Source: Cyclobacteriaceae bacterium
GTDB lineage: Bacteria > Bacteroidota > Bacteroidia > Cytophagales > Cyclobacteriaceae
Assembly (NCBI GenBank): GCA_047627515.1
Contig: JBLHTU010000001.1
Span: 11,883 to 75,882 of the forward strand
Direction of reading: 5' to 3'
Length of the DNA: 64,000 nucleotides
Shown here: positions 56,724 to 64,000 of the stretch, one piece after another
Layout of the letters: every line of letters begins with the position of its first letter
How positions within the stretch are numbered: the stretch's first letter is position 1
The notes under the pieces: model-generated
What the model saw: only the letters and a program-made list of their open reading frames with translations
The model's database searches: none
Told to the model about the DNA's origin: nothing
Translations under genes and position numbers: made by a program

Positions 56724-57554
56724 ATGTCAAGAATTGCGTTGCAACGATTTCTGGAAAAAAAGATTATTCAAAATAGCATCATCGGGTTAATCCTTTTTAA
56801 TTCAGTGATCATTGGTTTGGAAACCTCACCAACGATCATGAGTCAATTTGGGTTTATCATAGATCAGATAGATCTCTTGATTTTAGGTCTTTTTGTTCTT
56901 GAGTTAATATTGAAAATTTACGCGTACCGACTCGCCTTCTTCAAGTCTGCATGGAACATTTTTGATACTTCTGTCATTCTCATCTCCGTGATACCGGCCG
57001 CAGGATCTTTCGCCGTCTTCCGAGCTTTGAGGATCCTAAGAACGCTTCGCCTCTTAAAAAACGTACCGAAGCTAAAAATTATCATCGAGTCCTTGCTTCA
57101 CTCTGTACCAAGTATTGGCTGGATCATGGTCCTACTGGCTATCATCTTTTACGTCTTTGCCGTGATTGGCACTAATCTATTTGGCATTGAATTCAGTACC
57201 TACTTTGGTTCACTCACTAAGTCCATATTTACACTTTTTCAAATTATGACGCTTGAAAGTTGGTCATCAGACATTGCACGGCCTATAATCGCATTGAATC
57301 CTTTTGCTGCCATTTATTTCGTCATCTTTATTTTGATTGCTACCTACACCACACTCAATATTTTCATAGCGATTGTCGTCAATACTATGAATGAATTACA
57401 TCATGCAGATATGCTGCGCGAGGAACAAGAAATTAGAAAAATGGTCAAATCAGAGCATGAGCAGCTGATGGAACAGATTAGCTATTTGACTGATGAAGTT
57501 CGTGCGCTAAAGGAGATTCACTTGGACTCTGATAAAAAAGAGATTCCTACTTAA
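56724..57554 (+). CDS. bacterial voltage-gated sodium channel (BacNav/NaChBac family), paralog 2
   Basis: 276 aa. S4 'FRALRILRTLRLLKNVPKL', filter 'FTLFQIMTLESWSSD'. Aligns without gaps to paralog 1 through S1-S6. Confidence 0.88.
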   Translation: MSRIALQRFLEKKIIQNSIIGLILFNSVIIGLETSPTIMSQFGFIIDQIDLLILGLFVLELILKIYAYRLAFFKSAWNIFDTSVILISVIPAAGSFAVFRALRILRTLRLLKNVPKLKIIIESLLHSVPSIGWIMVLLAIIFYVFAVIGTNLFGIEFSTYFGSLTKSIFTLFQIMTLESWSSDIARPIIALNPFAAIYFVIFILIATYTTLNIFIAIVVNTMNELHHADMLREEQEIRKMVKSEHEQLMEQISYLTDEVRALKEIHLDSDKKEIPT

Positions 57555-57606
57555 AACAATTTGTAGTAAGTTGGTCTTGTACAGAAAGATCATTTAACAT
57601 CTCACC

Positions 57607-58785
57607 ATGAAAAAACTACGATTTCTTCCGCTCAGTTTAGCCTTGATATTACTCTCTTGTCAGTCGCCCAATTCTACGACAGAAGCAACTGAAAGTGATG
57701 AAATACAGTCGTCAAATGATCTTACTTCTGGCAAAGACCTTGAACTTGACCAACTAGTAATGCCAGAAGGTTTCGAAATTGATATTTACGGACGAGTAGA
57801 CAATGCTCGACAGATGGTCATGGGTACTGAAGGCACTCTATTTGTAAGTAATAGAAGTGGAGGGTCGGTTTACGCCGTCAGAGATACTGATGGCGATTTC
57901 AAAATTGATGAGAGGTATGAAATTGCTGCTGATTTGAATCTTCCCAATGGTGTAGCTTTCAAAGATGGGTCACTTTTCGTTGCGGAAGTTGACAAACTAT
58001 GGAGATTTGATAACATTGAATCAGCGCTTGATAACCCTCCTGCTCCAGTATTGATTTACGATGACTACCCTACTGACAGACATCATGGATGGAAGTATAT
58101 AGCTTTTGGCCCAGATGGGAAACTGTATATACCTGTGGGTGCCCCATGTAATATTTGCGAGTCAAAAAATGAAATGTATGCTTCAATTACCCGCATGAAT
58201 CCAGATGGATCTGATAGAGAAGTTTTTGTTCATGGCGTACGCAATACAGTTGGATTTACATGGCACCCCGAAACAGGTGAAATGTGGTTTACGGACAATG
58301 GACGAGACATGATGGGTGATGATATCCCTCCATGTGAGCTGAACCGAGTCTCGCAACAAGGACAACATTTTGGCTACCCATATTGTCACGGAGGCACCAT
58401 TCAAGACCCTGAATTTGGAGATAAGTATGCTTGCAATGACTTTGTAGTGCCTGCACAGAACCTCAACCCCCATGTGGCACCGCTCGGTCTCAAATTCTAT
58501 ACAGGTGATCAGTTTCCAGAAATGTACGCTGGACGTATCTTAATTGCTGAGCATGGTAGCTGGAATAGATCCTCTGATGCTGGCCATACTGGTCACAAAA
58601 TAACAATGGTCAAGGAAGTAGATGGTCAAGGCACTTCGTATGATACGTTTATTGAAGGTTTCCTCAATAAGGAAACAAACAAAGCTTGGGGACGTCCTGT
58701 GGATATCCTTAATCTTGAGGATGGATCAATTTTGATTTCCGATGATCTAAGTGGTACAATATATCGCGTCAGCTTCAAAGGATAG
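57607..58785 (+). CDS. PQQ-dependent sugar (sorbosone/aldose) dehydrogenase-like beta-propeller lipoprotein
   Basis: 392 aa. Lipobox 'LILLSCQS', 'PNGVAFKDGSLFVAE', 'HGVRNTVGFTWHPETGEMWFTDNGRD', 'GYPYCHG'. Confidence 0.8.
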   Translation: MKKLRFLPLSLALILLSCQSPNSTTEATESDEIQSSNDLTSGKDLELDQLVMPEGFEIDIYGRVDNARQMVMGTEGTLFVSNRSGGSVYAVRDTDGDFKIDERYEIAADLNLPNGVAFKDGSLFVAEVDKLWRFDNIESALDNPPAPVLIYDDYPTDRHHGWKYIAFGPDGKLYIPVGAPCNICESKNEMYASITRMNPDGSDREVFVHGVRNTVGFTWHPETGEMWFTDNGRDMMGDDIPPCELNRVSQQGQHFGYPYCHGGTIQDPEFGDKYACNDFVVPAQNLNPHVAPLGLKFYTGDQFPEMYAGRILIAEHGSWNRSSDAGHTGHKITMVKEVDGQGTSYDTFIEGFLNKETNKAWGRPVDILNLEDGSILISDDLSGTIYRVSFKG

Positions 58786-58788
58786 TCC

Positions 58789-59760
58789 ATGCTCAAAGTT
58801 GATGGGCTGAACAAGTCCTATGACGATCGAAAGATTGTTAAAGATGTTTCTTTTACGGCTGATGCCGGTAGTTTTCATGCGCTGATTGGCCCAAGTGGAA
58901 CTGGGAAAACCACACTGATGAAAATGATTGCTGGCCTTATCACTCCTGATAAAGGCCATATCACCATCAATGATGAACGTCTGATTTCACCTGAACATCA
59001 ATTAGTCAAAGGGTACGAAGAAATACGACTAGTTCACCAAGATTTTGATCTGAAGGCAAATATGTCTGTTAAGGAAAACCTAAACTATGCCTTACTGGGA
59101 TATACTGACGACTTTAAGAAGGAACGCATAGACCAACTCACTCAAATCTGCAAACTAGATGGCTTTTTACAACAGCCATCCTCCCAACTCTCTGGAGGTC
59201 AAAAGCAGCGCGTTGCCATTGCAAGAGCACTAGCTACTGAACCTGCAGTCATTTTAATGGACGAACCCTTCAGCAACCTTGATCCTCTGACCAAGTACGA
59301 GTTACTCCAAGAAACAAAAACGATTTCCCAATCAACTAACACCACCTTTATTTTGGTGACGCATGATACACGAGACGCTTTAGAGGTTGCTGATTTGATA
59401 CACGTGATGATAGATGGCGAAATTGTACAAAATGGATCACCCCTTGACCTGTATGACCAACCTGGTTCACTTCAAATTGCAAGCTTAATTGGGTTTATGA
59501 ATATTCTCAGTCCGGCTATCACCACTGATAGCTCCAAAATTACTGGCATATGGGCAGAGGATATCACCCTATCAACCGCTGGGGAATATGATGGTCAAAT
59601 CGAAAAAGTAATATTCAAAGGTGCCTATCAGCTAATATCCATTAAAACACCGCGTGCTGAACATTCTATCATCGCTTACGACTTTGATAAATCAAGTGCT
59701 ATAAACGCCAAAGTGCACTTTGACGTACCTCCTTCAAAGTTCAAATTCTTCTCAGCGTAG
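58789..59760 (+). CDS. ABC transporter ATP-binding protein (PotA/FbpC-like) without adjacent permease
   Basis: 323 aa with 'GPSGTGKTT', 'LSGGQKQRVAIARAL', 'ILMDEPFSNLD', 'THD', plus a C-terminal extension of about 90 aa. Confidence 0.85.
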   Translation: MLKVDGLNKSYDDRKIVKDVSFTADAGSFHALIGPSGTGKTTLMKMIAGLITPDKGHITINDERLISPEHQLVKGYEEIRLVHQDFDLKANMSVKENLNYALLGYTDDFKKERIDQLTQICKLDGFLQQPSSQLSGGQKQRVAIARALATEPAVILMDEPFSNLDPLTKYELLQETKTISQSTNTTFILVTHDTRDALEVADLIHVMIDGEIVQNGSPLDLYDQPGSLQIASLIGFMNILSPAITTDSSKITGIWAEDITLSTAGEYDGQIEKVIFKGAYQLISIKTPRAEHSIIAYDFDKSSAINAKVHFDVPPSKFKFFSA

Positions 59761-59863
59761 AACTAGAATCTATTTACAAGAACTATTGGCGTCACCGCAG
59801 TATCTACATCGGTTCATGTCTGGATAGCCCAATCGTAAATCCAGTATATTGCCTAAAAGACGA

Positions 59864-60364
59864 ATGATGAAATTTCTACTAATCAGCACGTTGCTGTTCA
59901 CTTATTTTGTTTCAACAGCACAGCAACCGAAGTCTTCCCTCAAAGCTGGGGATGTAATTCCCTTTTTTGAAAAAACTGGCTATGATGGTAATCTGGTGAG
60001 CCTTCAGACGGTCGAAAGTGAGCTAATCGTGATTAACTTTTGGGCCTCATGGTGTGGTCCCTGTTTGAAGTCGCTTAAGTCTACACTTAGACCTATGTAT
60101 GAAAGCTATGATCGTTCTCAAGTCGATGTAATCGGCATCAGCAATGATCGGCAACAAAGTAAATGGGAAAAAGCGATCAAGAGTTGGGATATTCCGTGGT
60201 CAAACATTCTGGATGATGATCAATCACTTGTCAGGTCTTTTGATGTCCCTGCAATCCCAACCTACTTCATTGTGGATAACACGGGTACTATTTTGGTTTC
60301 TAATGTCTTCTCCTCAGATCTACCAAAAACTGTAAAAAGGTTATTGAAGGAAAGGAATCAATAG
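59864..60364 (+). CDS. TlpA/ResA-family thiol-disulfide oxidoreductase
   Basis: Signal peptide, thioredoxin motif 'NFWASWCGPC', 'VIGISND', 'IPTYFIVD'. ATG at 59864 preferred over the TTG at 59849. Confidence 0.85.
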   Translation: MMKFLLISTLLFTYFVSTAQQPKSSLKAGDVIPFFEKTGYDGNLVSLQTVESELIVINFWASWCGPCLKSLKSTLRPMYESYDRSQVDVIGISNDRQQSKWEKAIKSWDIPWSNILDDDQSLVRSFDVPAIPTYFIVDNTGTILVSNVFSSDLPKTVKRLLKERNQ

Positions 60365-60810
60365 GACACGTAAGCTCTACCGGCTTCTTGTATAGCATAG
60401 GTTCGGAGTGTCTCTACTTGGTTGCCCAGTCTACCCAAGGAGTCATTGGTTTCATCCGGCTGCACACTTCCTTCACTCTCCCACCAAGCCTGAGCTCTCT
60501 TTCTAGCTACATTAACATCTATATCAAAAAGATGCAGGGAAGCATCAGAGACTACCCACGCTTTTTCGCTTGAATACTTTTCATATATCATTTGGCGAAT
60601 TTTGGAAGCTGTCGGGTCTTGACTCTTGAAATGAGCCACGGTATAGGAGAGTGTTTCAGGCTCTGTCATTTTATTATCCCAAAATTTCTTTGAAGATATT
60701 ATTTCAGCAGTTGTGAGTAGATAAGAAGACTCTTTGTCAATCGGCTGCTTGGTCAAAGCACAAACGGCTTTGAATTCTTTCTTTTTATTCTTTCTAAAAA
60801 AATTGAGCAT
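60358..60810 (-). CDS. hypothetical protein
   Basis: 150-aa ORF with no signal peptide and no recognised motif. Overlaps the convergent tlpA-like gene by 7 nt. Confidence 0.4.
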   Translation of the reverse strand: MLNFFRKNKKKEFKAVCALTKQPIDKESSYLLTTAEIISSKKFWDNKMTEPETLSYTVAHFKSQDPTASKIRQMIYEKYSSEKAWVVSDASLHLFDIDVNVARKRAQAWWESEGSVQPDETNDSLGRLGNQVETLRTYAIQEAGRAYVSY

Positions 60811-60867
60811 TTTGGAGAAGTTTTATAGTCAGATACTGACTTACACGACAAAGGTTACACGGTGACT

Positions 60868-60929
60868 GGGTAATAATTACCCTAAAGATGCTCAATCGGG
60901 TATGAGGGTTGCTCAATCGGGTAATTATT
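60868..60929. repeat. palindrome plus 14-bp direct repeat pair in divergent intergenic region
   Basis: 'GGGTAATAATTACCC' at 60868-60882. 'TGCTCAATCGGGTA' at 60889-60902 and again at 60910-60923 (21-nt spacing). The second copy runs into 'GGGTAATTATT'. Confidence 0.6.
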
Positions 60930-61044
60930 TTCAAACAATTCAGTAACCACCACAGTAACTGAAAAGTAAGAACGCTACCAAATAGACACGAAGCATTGAT
61001 TCATTAAATTATTGCCCTATACTTGATGTACAAAACACACTATT

Positions 61045-61602
61045 ATGAAAAAATACCTACTATTAGTTCTATTGGCATCTGGTGTTTGCTTGACAACCCA
61101 AGCGCAGTCCGAGGAAGACGTTTCTAATTTCTTAGTAGAAGGAAACAATATCACTTGGCAAAAAACTTTTGTGACCATCCTAACGGAGGCACAGATGGCA
61201 GAAAAAGTAGCTGAGATGATGCTCTTTGAATCCAAAGACATCAATAAATCAGATAAAATAATCGGTACTGTCAAACCTATCCAACATAATTATATCAAAG
61301 CAGGTTACTCTGAGAAATCCGCTGAAAAATACGTTGTTGAAAAAGACAGCTACGGTGCTTTGAAAATTGAATTTCAAGAAGGTAAGTACCGTGTTACACT
61401 TGCTGACATCCAATTAAAGCAAAGATTTTCAACCCGTAAGAGCCAGCGTGGAGAGAATACGCGACTCATGGAATTTGCATACGATGCAAAAAAGGGCGTT
61501 TGGGATCAGAATTTTATTCAATCAGGCAGTGCCAAAATCCTAAATGAGACATTTCTAGAGAAGTTTGATGTTGGTGGGAAATTTGGAGGAAGCGATTTCT
61601 AA
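61045..61602 (+). CDS. hypothetical secreted protein
   Basis: 185 aa. Signal peptide 'MKKYLLLVLLASGVCLTTQAQ'. No family recognised. Confidence 0.5.
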   Translation: MKKYLLLVLLASGVCLTTQAQSEEDVSNFLVEGNNITWQKTFVTILTEAQMAEKVAEMMLFESKDINKSDKIIGTVKPIQHNYIKAGYSEKSAEKYVVEKDSYGALKIEFQEGKYRVTLADIQLKQRFSTRKSQRGENTRLMEFAYDAKKGVWDQNFIQSGSAKILNETFLEKFDVGGKFGGSDF

Positions 61603-61665
61603 TATCTTCTTGCCAGCAGGTCTGCATTTTAAGTATTAGACATTTTACGTAGATTGAGCAGTGAG

Positions 61666-61959
61666 ATGCATCCATACAAATATTGTTTGAAGCTTTTTCT
61701 GCTTGTTTTAATTATCTCTTCCTGCTCTCAGGTGGGTTATGTCCCATTGACTGATACTAGCGTGAATCTCGCAGGGCAAAAGATGCACAGTGAGTCGCAA
61801 AAATTTATGCGAAAAGATCTTCGAAGGGAGCCAAAACGTGCTCCTAGTGGAGAAAAGTTACAGACTGTGAAAATATGGTCATTGAAGAAACAAAAACGTT
61901 TCGCTAAACGGCAACTTCCATCTATGGATTGGTGTAAACCAAAAAAGAGAAAGATCTAA
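61666..61959 (+). CDS. hypothetical small basic lipoprotein
   Basis: Lipobox 'LVLIISSCSQ' and a Lys/Arg-rich C-terminal half. ATG at 61666 preferred over the TTG at 61654. Confidence 0.4.
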   Translation: MHPYKYCLKLFLLVLIISSCSQVGYVPLTDTSVNLAGQKMHSESQKFMRKDLRREPKRAPSGEKLQTVKIWSLKKQKRFAKRQLPSMDWCKPKKRKI

Positions 61960-61972
61960 CATTAGGTTTCAC

Positions 61973-62476
61973 CTACTTATTTAAAATGAAAATCATCGCA
62001 GATTTATCTGCGTCTGCTGCAGTTGGATCTTCCTGGAATCCCAACTGATCTAGCACCCTAATTGAATAAGAGTTCTGACACTTGACTGCTGCTTTTAACT
62101 TATCAAAACCCAGTATATCGAAAGACCAGCTGATTATTGCTTTTGATGCTTCTTTGGCATAGCCTTTACCATAACTATCAGGCATTAAGGCATATCCAAG
62201 CTCCATAGTATCCGACTGATTTCTCTTCACCAACCCTGCAAGTCCAATGGCGCAACCCGATTTCTTCTCAGTGATTACTAACATACCAAAACCATCCCCC
62301 TTATAATGTGCTATGATATTTACCTTGACATAGCGCTCAGCATCAACCAATGTCTTCACAAAACGATTTCCTATATATTGTAACCAATCAGCTGTATTGA
62401 GTATAGCCAAGAAAAAGGCGGCATCATTCACTTTTGCTGCGCGAAATTGTAGTCTAGGTGTCTCAAGTTCTATCAT
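61973..62476 (-). CDS. GNAT-family N-acetyltransferase (RimJ/RimL-like)
   Basis: 167 aa with 'LETPRLQFR', 'GYALMPDSYGKGYAKEASKAII'. Confidence 0.75.
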   Translation of the reverse strand: MIELETPRLQFRAAKVNDAAFFLAILNTADWLQYIGNRFVKTLVDAERYVKVNIIAHYKGDGFGMLVITEKKSGCAIGLAGLVKRNQSDTMELGYALMPDSYGKGYAKEASKAIISWSFDILGFDKLKAAVKCQNSYSIRVLDQLGFQEDPTAADADKSAMIFILNK

Positions 62477-62916
62477 TTATTAGTAGACCAGAAATAGTGA
62501 TGAAATGATTCCTCTTTGATCCAACCAAGTCTTTCATACAGCTTATGAGCCCGATTATCATGAGCTGTCTCTAATGCCAACCCTTTCAAATTTTTAGTGG
62601 TAGCAAACTTCTGAGCATGGAGTAATAGCATCTCACCTACCTTCTGATTGCGTGAATGAGGGTCAACATACAAATCATTCAAAATGTAAAAAGACTGTAG
62701 TGAAACGCTTGAAAACGTTGGGTAAAGCTGTGTAAATCCAACCGCACGCATACCGTCTATAGCTATGATAATGACGGAGTCTATGCGTTCCAATCTAGCG
62801 GTCAAAAATGTCTGCACCGCAGTTATGTCACTCGATTGATCGTAAAACTGACGATAGCCATCAAAAAGTGGAACTAATAAATCAAGGTCTGAAGGGTCGG
62901 CGAAACGAGTAATCAT
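62473..62916 (-). CDS. GNAT-family N-acetyltransferase
   Basis: 147 aa with 'LYVDPHSRNQKVGEMLLLHAQKFA' and 'AHKLYERLGW'. 4-nt overlap with the downstream GNAT gene. Confidence 0.75.
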   Translation of the reverse strand: MITRFADPSDLDLLVPLFDGYRQFYDQSSDITAVQTFLTARLERIDSVIIIAIDGMRAVGFTQLYPTFSSVSLQSFYILNDLYVDPHSRNQKVGEMLLLHAQKFATTKNLKGLALETAHDNRAHKLYERLGWIKEESFHHYFWSTNK

Positions 62917-62940
62917 CTAGCCAAGGTAATAGAAAATTGA

Positions 62941-64000
62941 TCAGTTGATTTCGATCTGGTACTGTAGCACCCACATACCTTTATGATCAGTCACCACAAG
63001 TCCGAGATCACCCTCCTCTTCATAAATAGGTCGCTGCTGATAATTAAGGGATAGCTTGTTACTATGGCCATCAAAGTAACCATTGATGCCGAAATCAAAG
63101 GTATTCATCTGTTGTGCCAAAGCATCAAAACTTGAAGATTGCCAAGCTACATTGGGTTGGATACCTATGGAGCGGTCTCTGAAAGACAATTTTGTTTGCC
63201 ACAAGTATCCTAGTTGCATAAAAAGCGTTTGCCCTGTACCCATCATCGGAAAATCATTTCCTGATCCGTTAAAAGTACTTCCAGTCGCAGTATAGTCGTT
63301 CGCTCCTAAGTTCCTAATATACTCTGGCCCAAAGTAAGTTTTAAAAAATCCCAAGTATGCAGTAATTGATTGAGCATTTTTCCGCTTGCGTGGTGCATCG
63401 TAAAAAAACTCAGCCGCCCAGTTTTTAAAATCATAATACTGGGTTTCACTATTCACCAGACTTGATGTCATCTTTGGTTGGAACAAGAAACCAGAGCCAA
63501 AATTTAATATTTTTTTAGCACCAAGGTATGTCCCTGCCCCACCACTGTATGCTGTTTTATTACTCTCATTATCAAAAAACTCATATTTCACATAAGCAGA
63601 AGTGCTTAGTCGTTCCTGATTCAATGCATAATCTACAACTCCATCTCGAGCCTCGACTCCATAATCTGCAGGCTGCTTCAATGCAACCACATAATCAAAC
63701 TTACCTATCTGACCTTTGGTCCAGATACCCAATGATCGACCCAAATTATCATTTTTCCCTACCGTCAACATCGCAAAAAGAGGAGCATCTAATGACATCA
63801 TCGTTCGACTACTTCTAACATTCCAACGAGAAAGCCCTGTCCAGCCTGTTTCTCCAATACCCACCGCACACTGTTCAGAAAAGCTATATTCCACATTGAA
63901 GTCAAGCACCTTAAATTCTATAGATTTTTCACTTCGAGCATTGATATTATTGTCTCCGAATAGTGCATAAACCATCAAATTAGGTGTTACCTGCGCTAAG
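62941..64000 (-). CDS. putative outer-membrane porin-like beta-barrel, 5'-truncated by window edge
   Basis: The frame stays open to base 64000 ('LAQVTPNLMVYALFGDNN...'). Beta-strand-like alternating pattern rich in Gly/Tyr/Phe. The family is not securely recognised. Confidence 0.45.
   Translation of the reverse strand, partial: LAQVTPNLMVYALFGDNNINARSEKSIEFKVLDFNVEYSFSEQCAVGIGETGWTGLSRWNVRSSRTMMSLDAPLFAMLTVGKNDNLGRSLGIWTKGQIGKFDYVVALKQPADYGVEARDGVVDYALNQERLSTSAYVKYEFFDNESNKTAYSGGAGTYLGAKKILNFGSGFLFQPKMTSSLVNSETQYYDFKNWAAEFFYDAPRKRKNAQSITAYLGFFKTYFGPEYIRNLGANDYTATGSTFNGSGNDFPMMGTGQTLFMQLGYLWQTKLSFRDRSIGIQPNVAWQSSSFDALAQQMNTFDFGINGYFDGHSNKLSLNYQQRPIYEEEGDLGLVVTDHKGMWVLQYQIEIN

Noticed and set aside
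1-64000. Canonical defence systems, prophage or mobile elements
   Set aside because: Reading all ORFs of about 60 aa or longer on both strands, I found no restriction-modification, Cas, Abi, toxin-antitoxin, retron-RT, integrase, transposase or phage structural signatures. The helicase, ABC-F and MBL genes look like housekeeping families.

Overview
This is a gene-dense chromosomal segment with roughly 65 protein genes and very short or overlapping intergenic gaps. It looks like core genome of a Bacteroidota (Cytophagia/Flavobacteriia-type) organism. The taxonomic call is inference only, from four observations: the pyk / IPExxxVDY / acpP-fabF-rnc arrangement, DUF349, BshB1 and START-like genes, TAnnTTTG-type promoter motifs, and TAT/lipobox signals.

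Identifiable content, in order:
- The 3' part of a nonulosonic-acid-type polysaccharide locus (cytidylyltransferase, NeuB-like synthase, hexapeptide acetyltransferase, a GT2-cytidylyltransferase fusion).
- pfkA and miaA.
- A cytoplasmic multi-PAS hybrid histidine kinase (HK-REC-Hpt), followed by a stand-alone REC, a 91-aa ORF and an MBL hydrolase.
- An NFACT/RqcH-like protein, pyk, acpP-fabF-rnc, nadE and yidD.
- A BamA-like protein and a coupled pair of outer-membrane candidates, one carrying a ComEA-type helix-hairpin-helix module.
- Nitroreductase, pirin and an M20 amidohydrolase.
- A TAT-exported oxidoreductase / TIM-barrel / HGSNAT-like cluster containing a decayed SIMPL gene.
- A Pif1/RecD-like helicase, tRNA-Thr(TGT), and a DUF349 protein with 96-bp tandem repeats.
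- algH-like, miaE, pdxH, bshB1, trxB, pnp-rpsO, an LptF/G permease and tRNA(CAT).
- A VIT1 transporter and two paralogous BacNav-type voltage-gated channels. These bracket a nonsense-interrupted membrane-protein gene and an ABC-F ATPase.
- A PQQ-type dehydrogenase, an orphan ABC ATPase, TlpA, two GNATs and a truncated porin-like gene.

I see no transposase, integrase, CRISPR array, rRNA or recognisable canonical defence system. The candidates I consider most worth follow-up are:
- the PorV-like + ComEA-HhH/beta-barrel gene pair (20318-23166);
- the duplicated sodium-channel locus (53049-57554);
- the GT2-cytidylyltransferase fusion (2174-3547);
- two genes inactivated mainly by in-frame stop codons.

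All family assignments come from motif recognition by eye. No database search was run.
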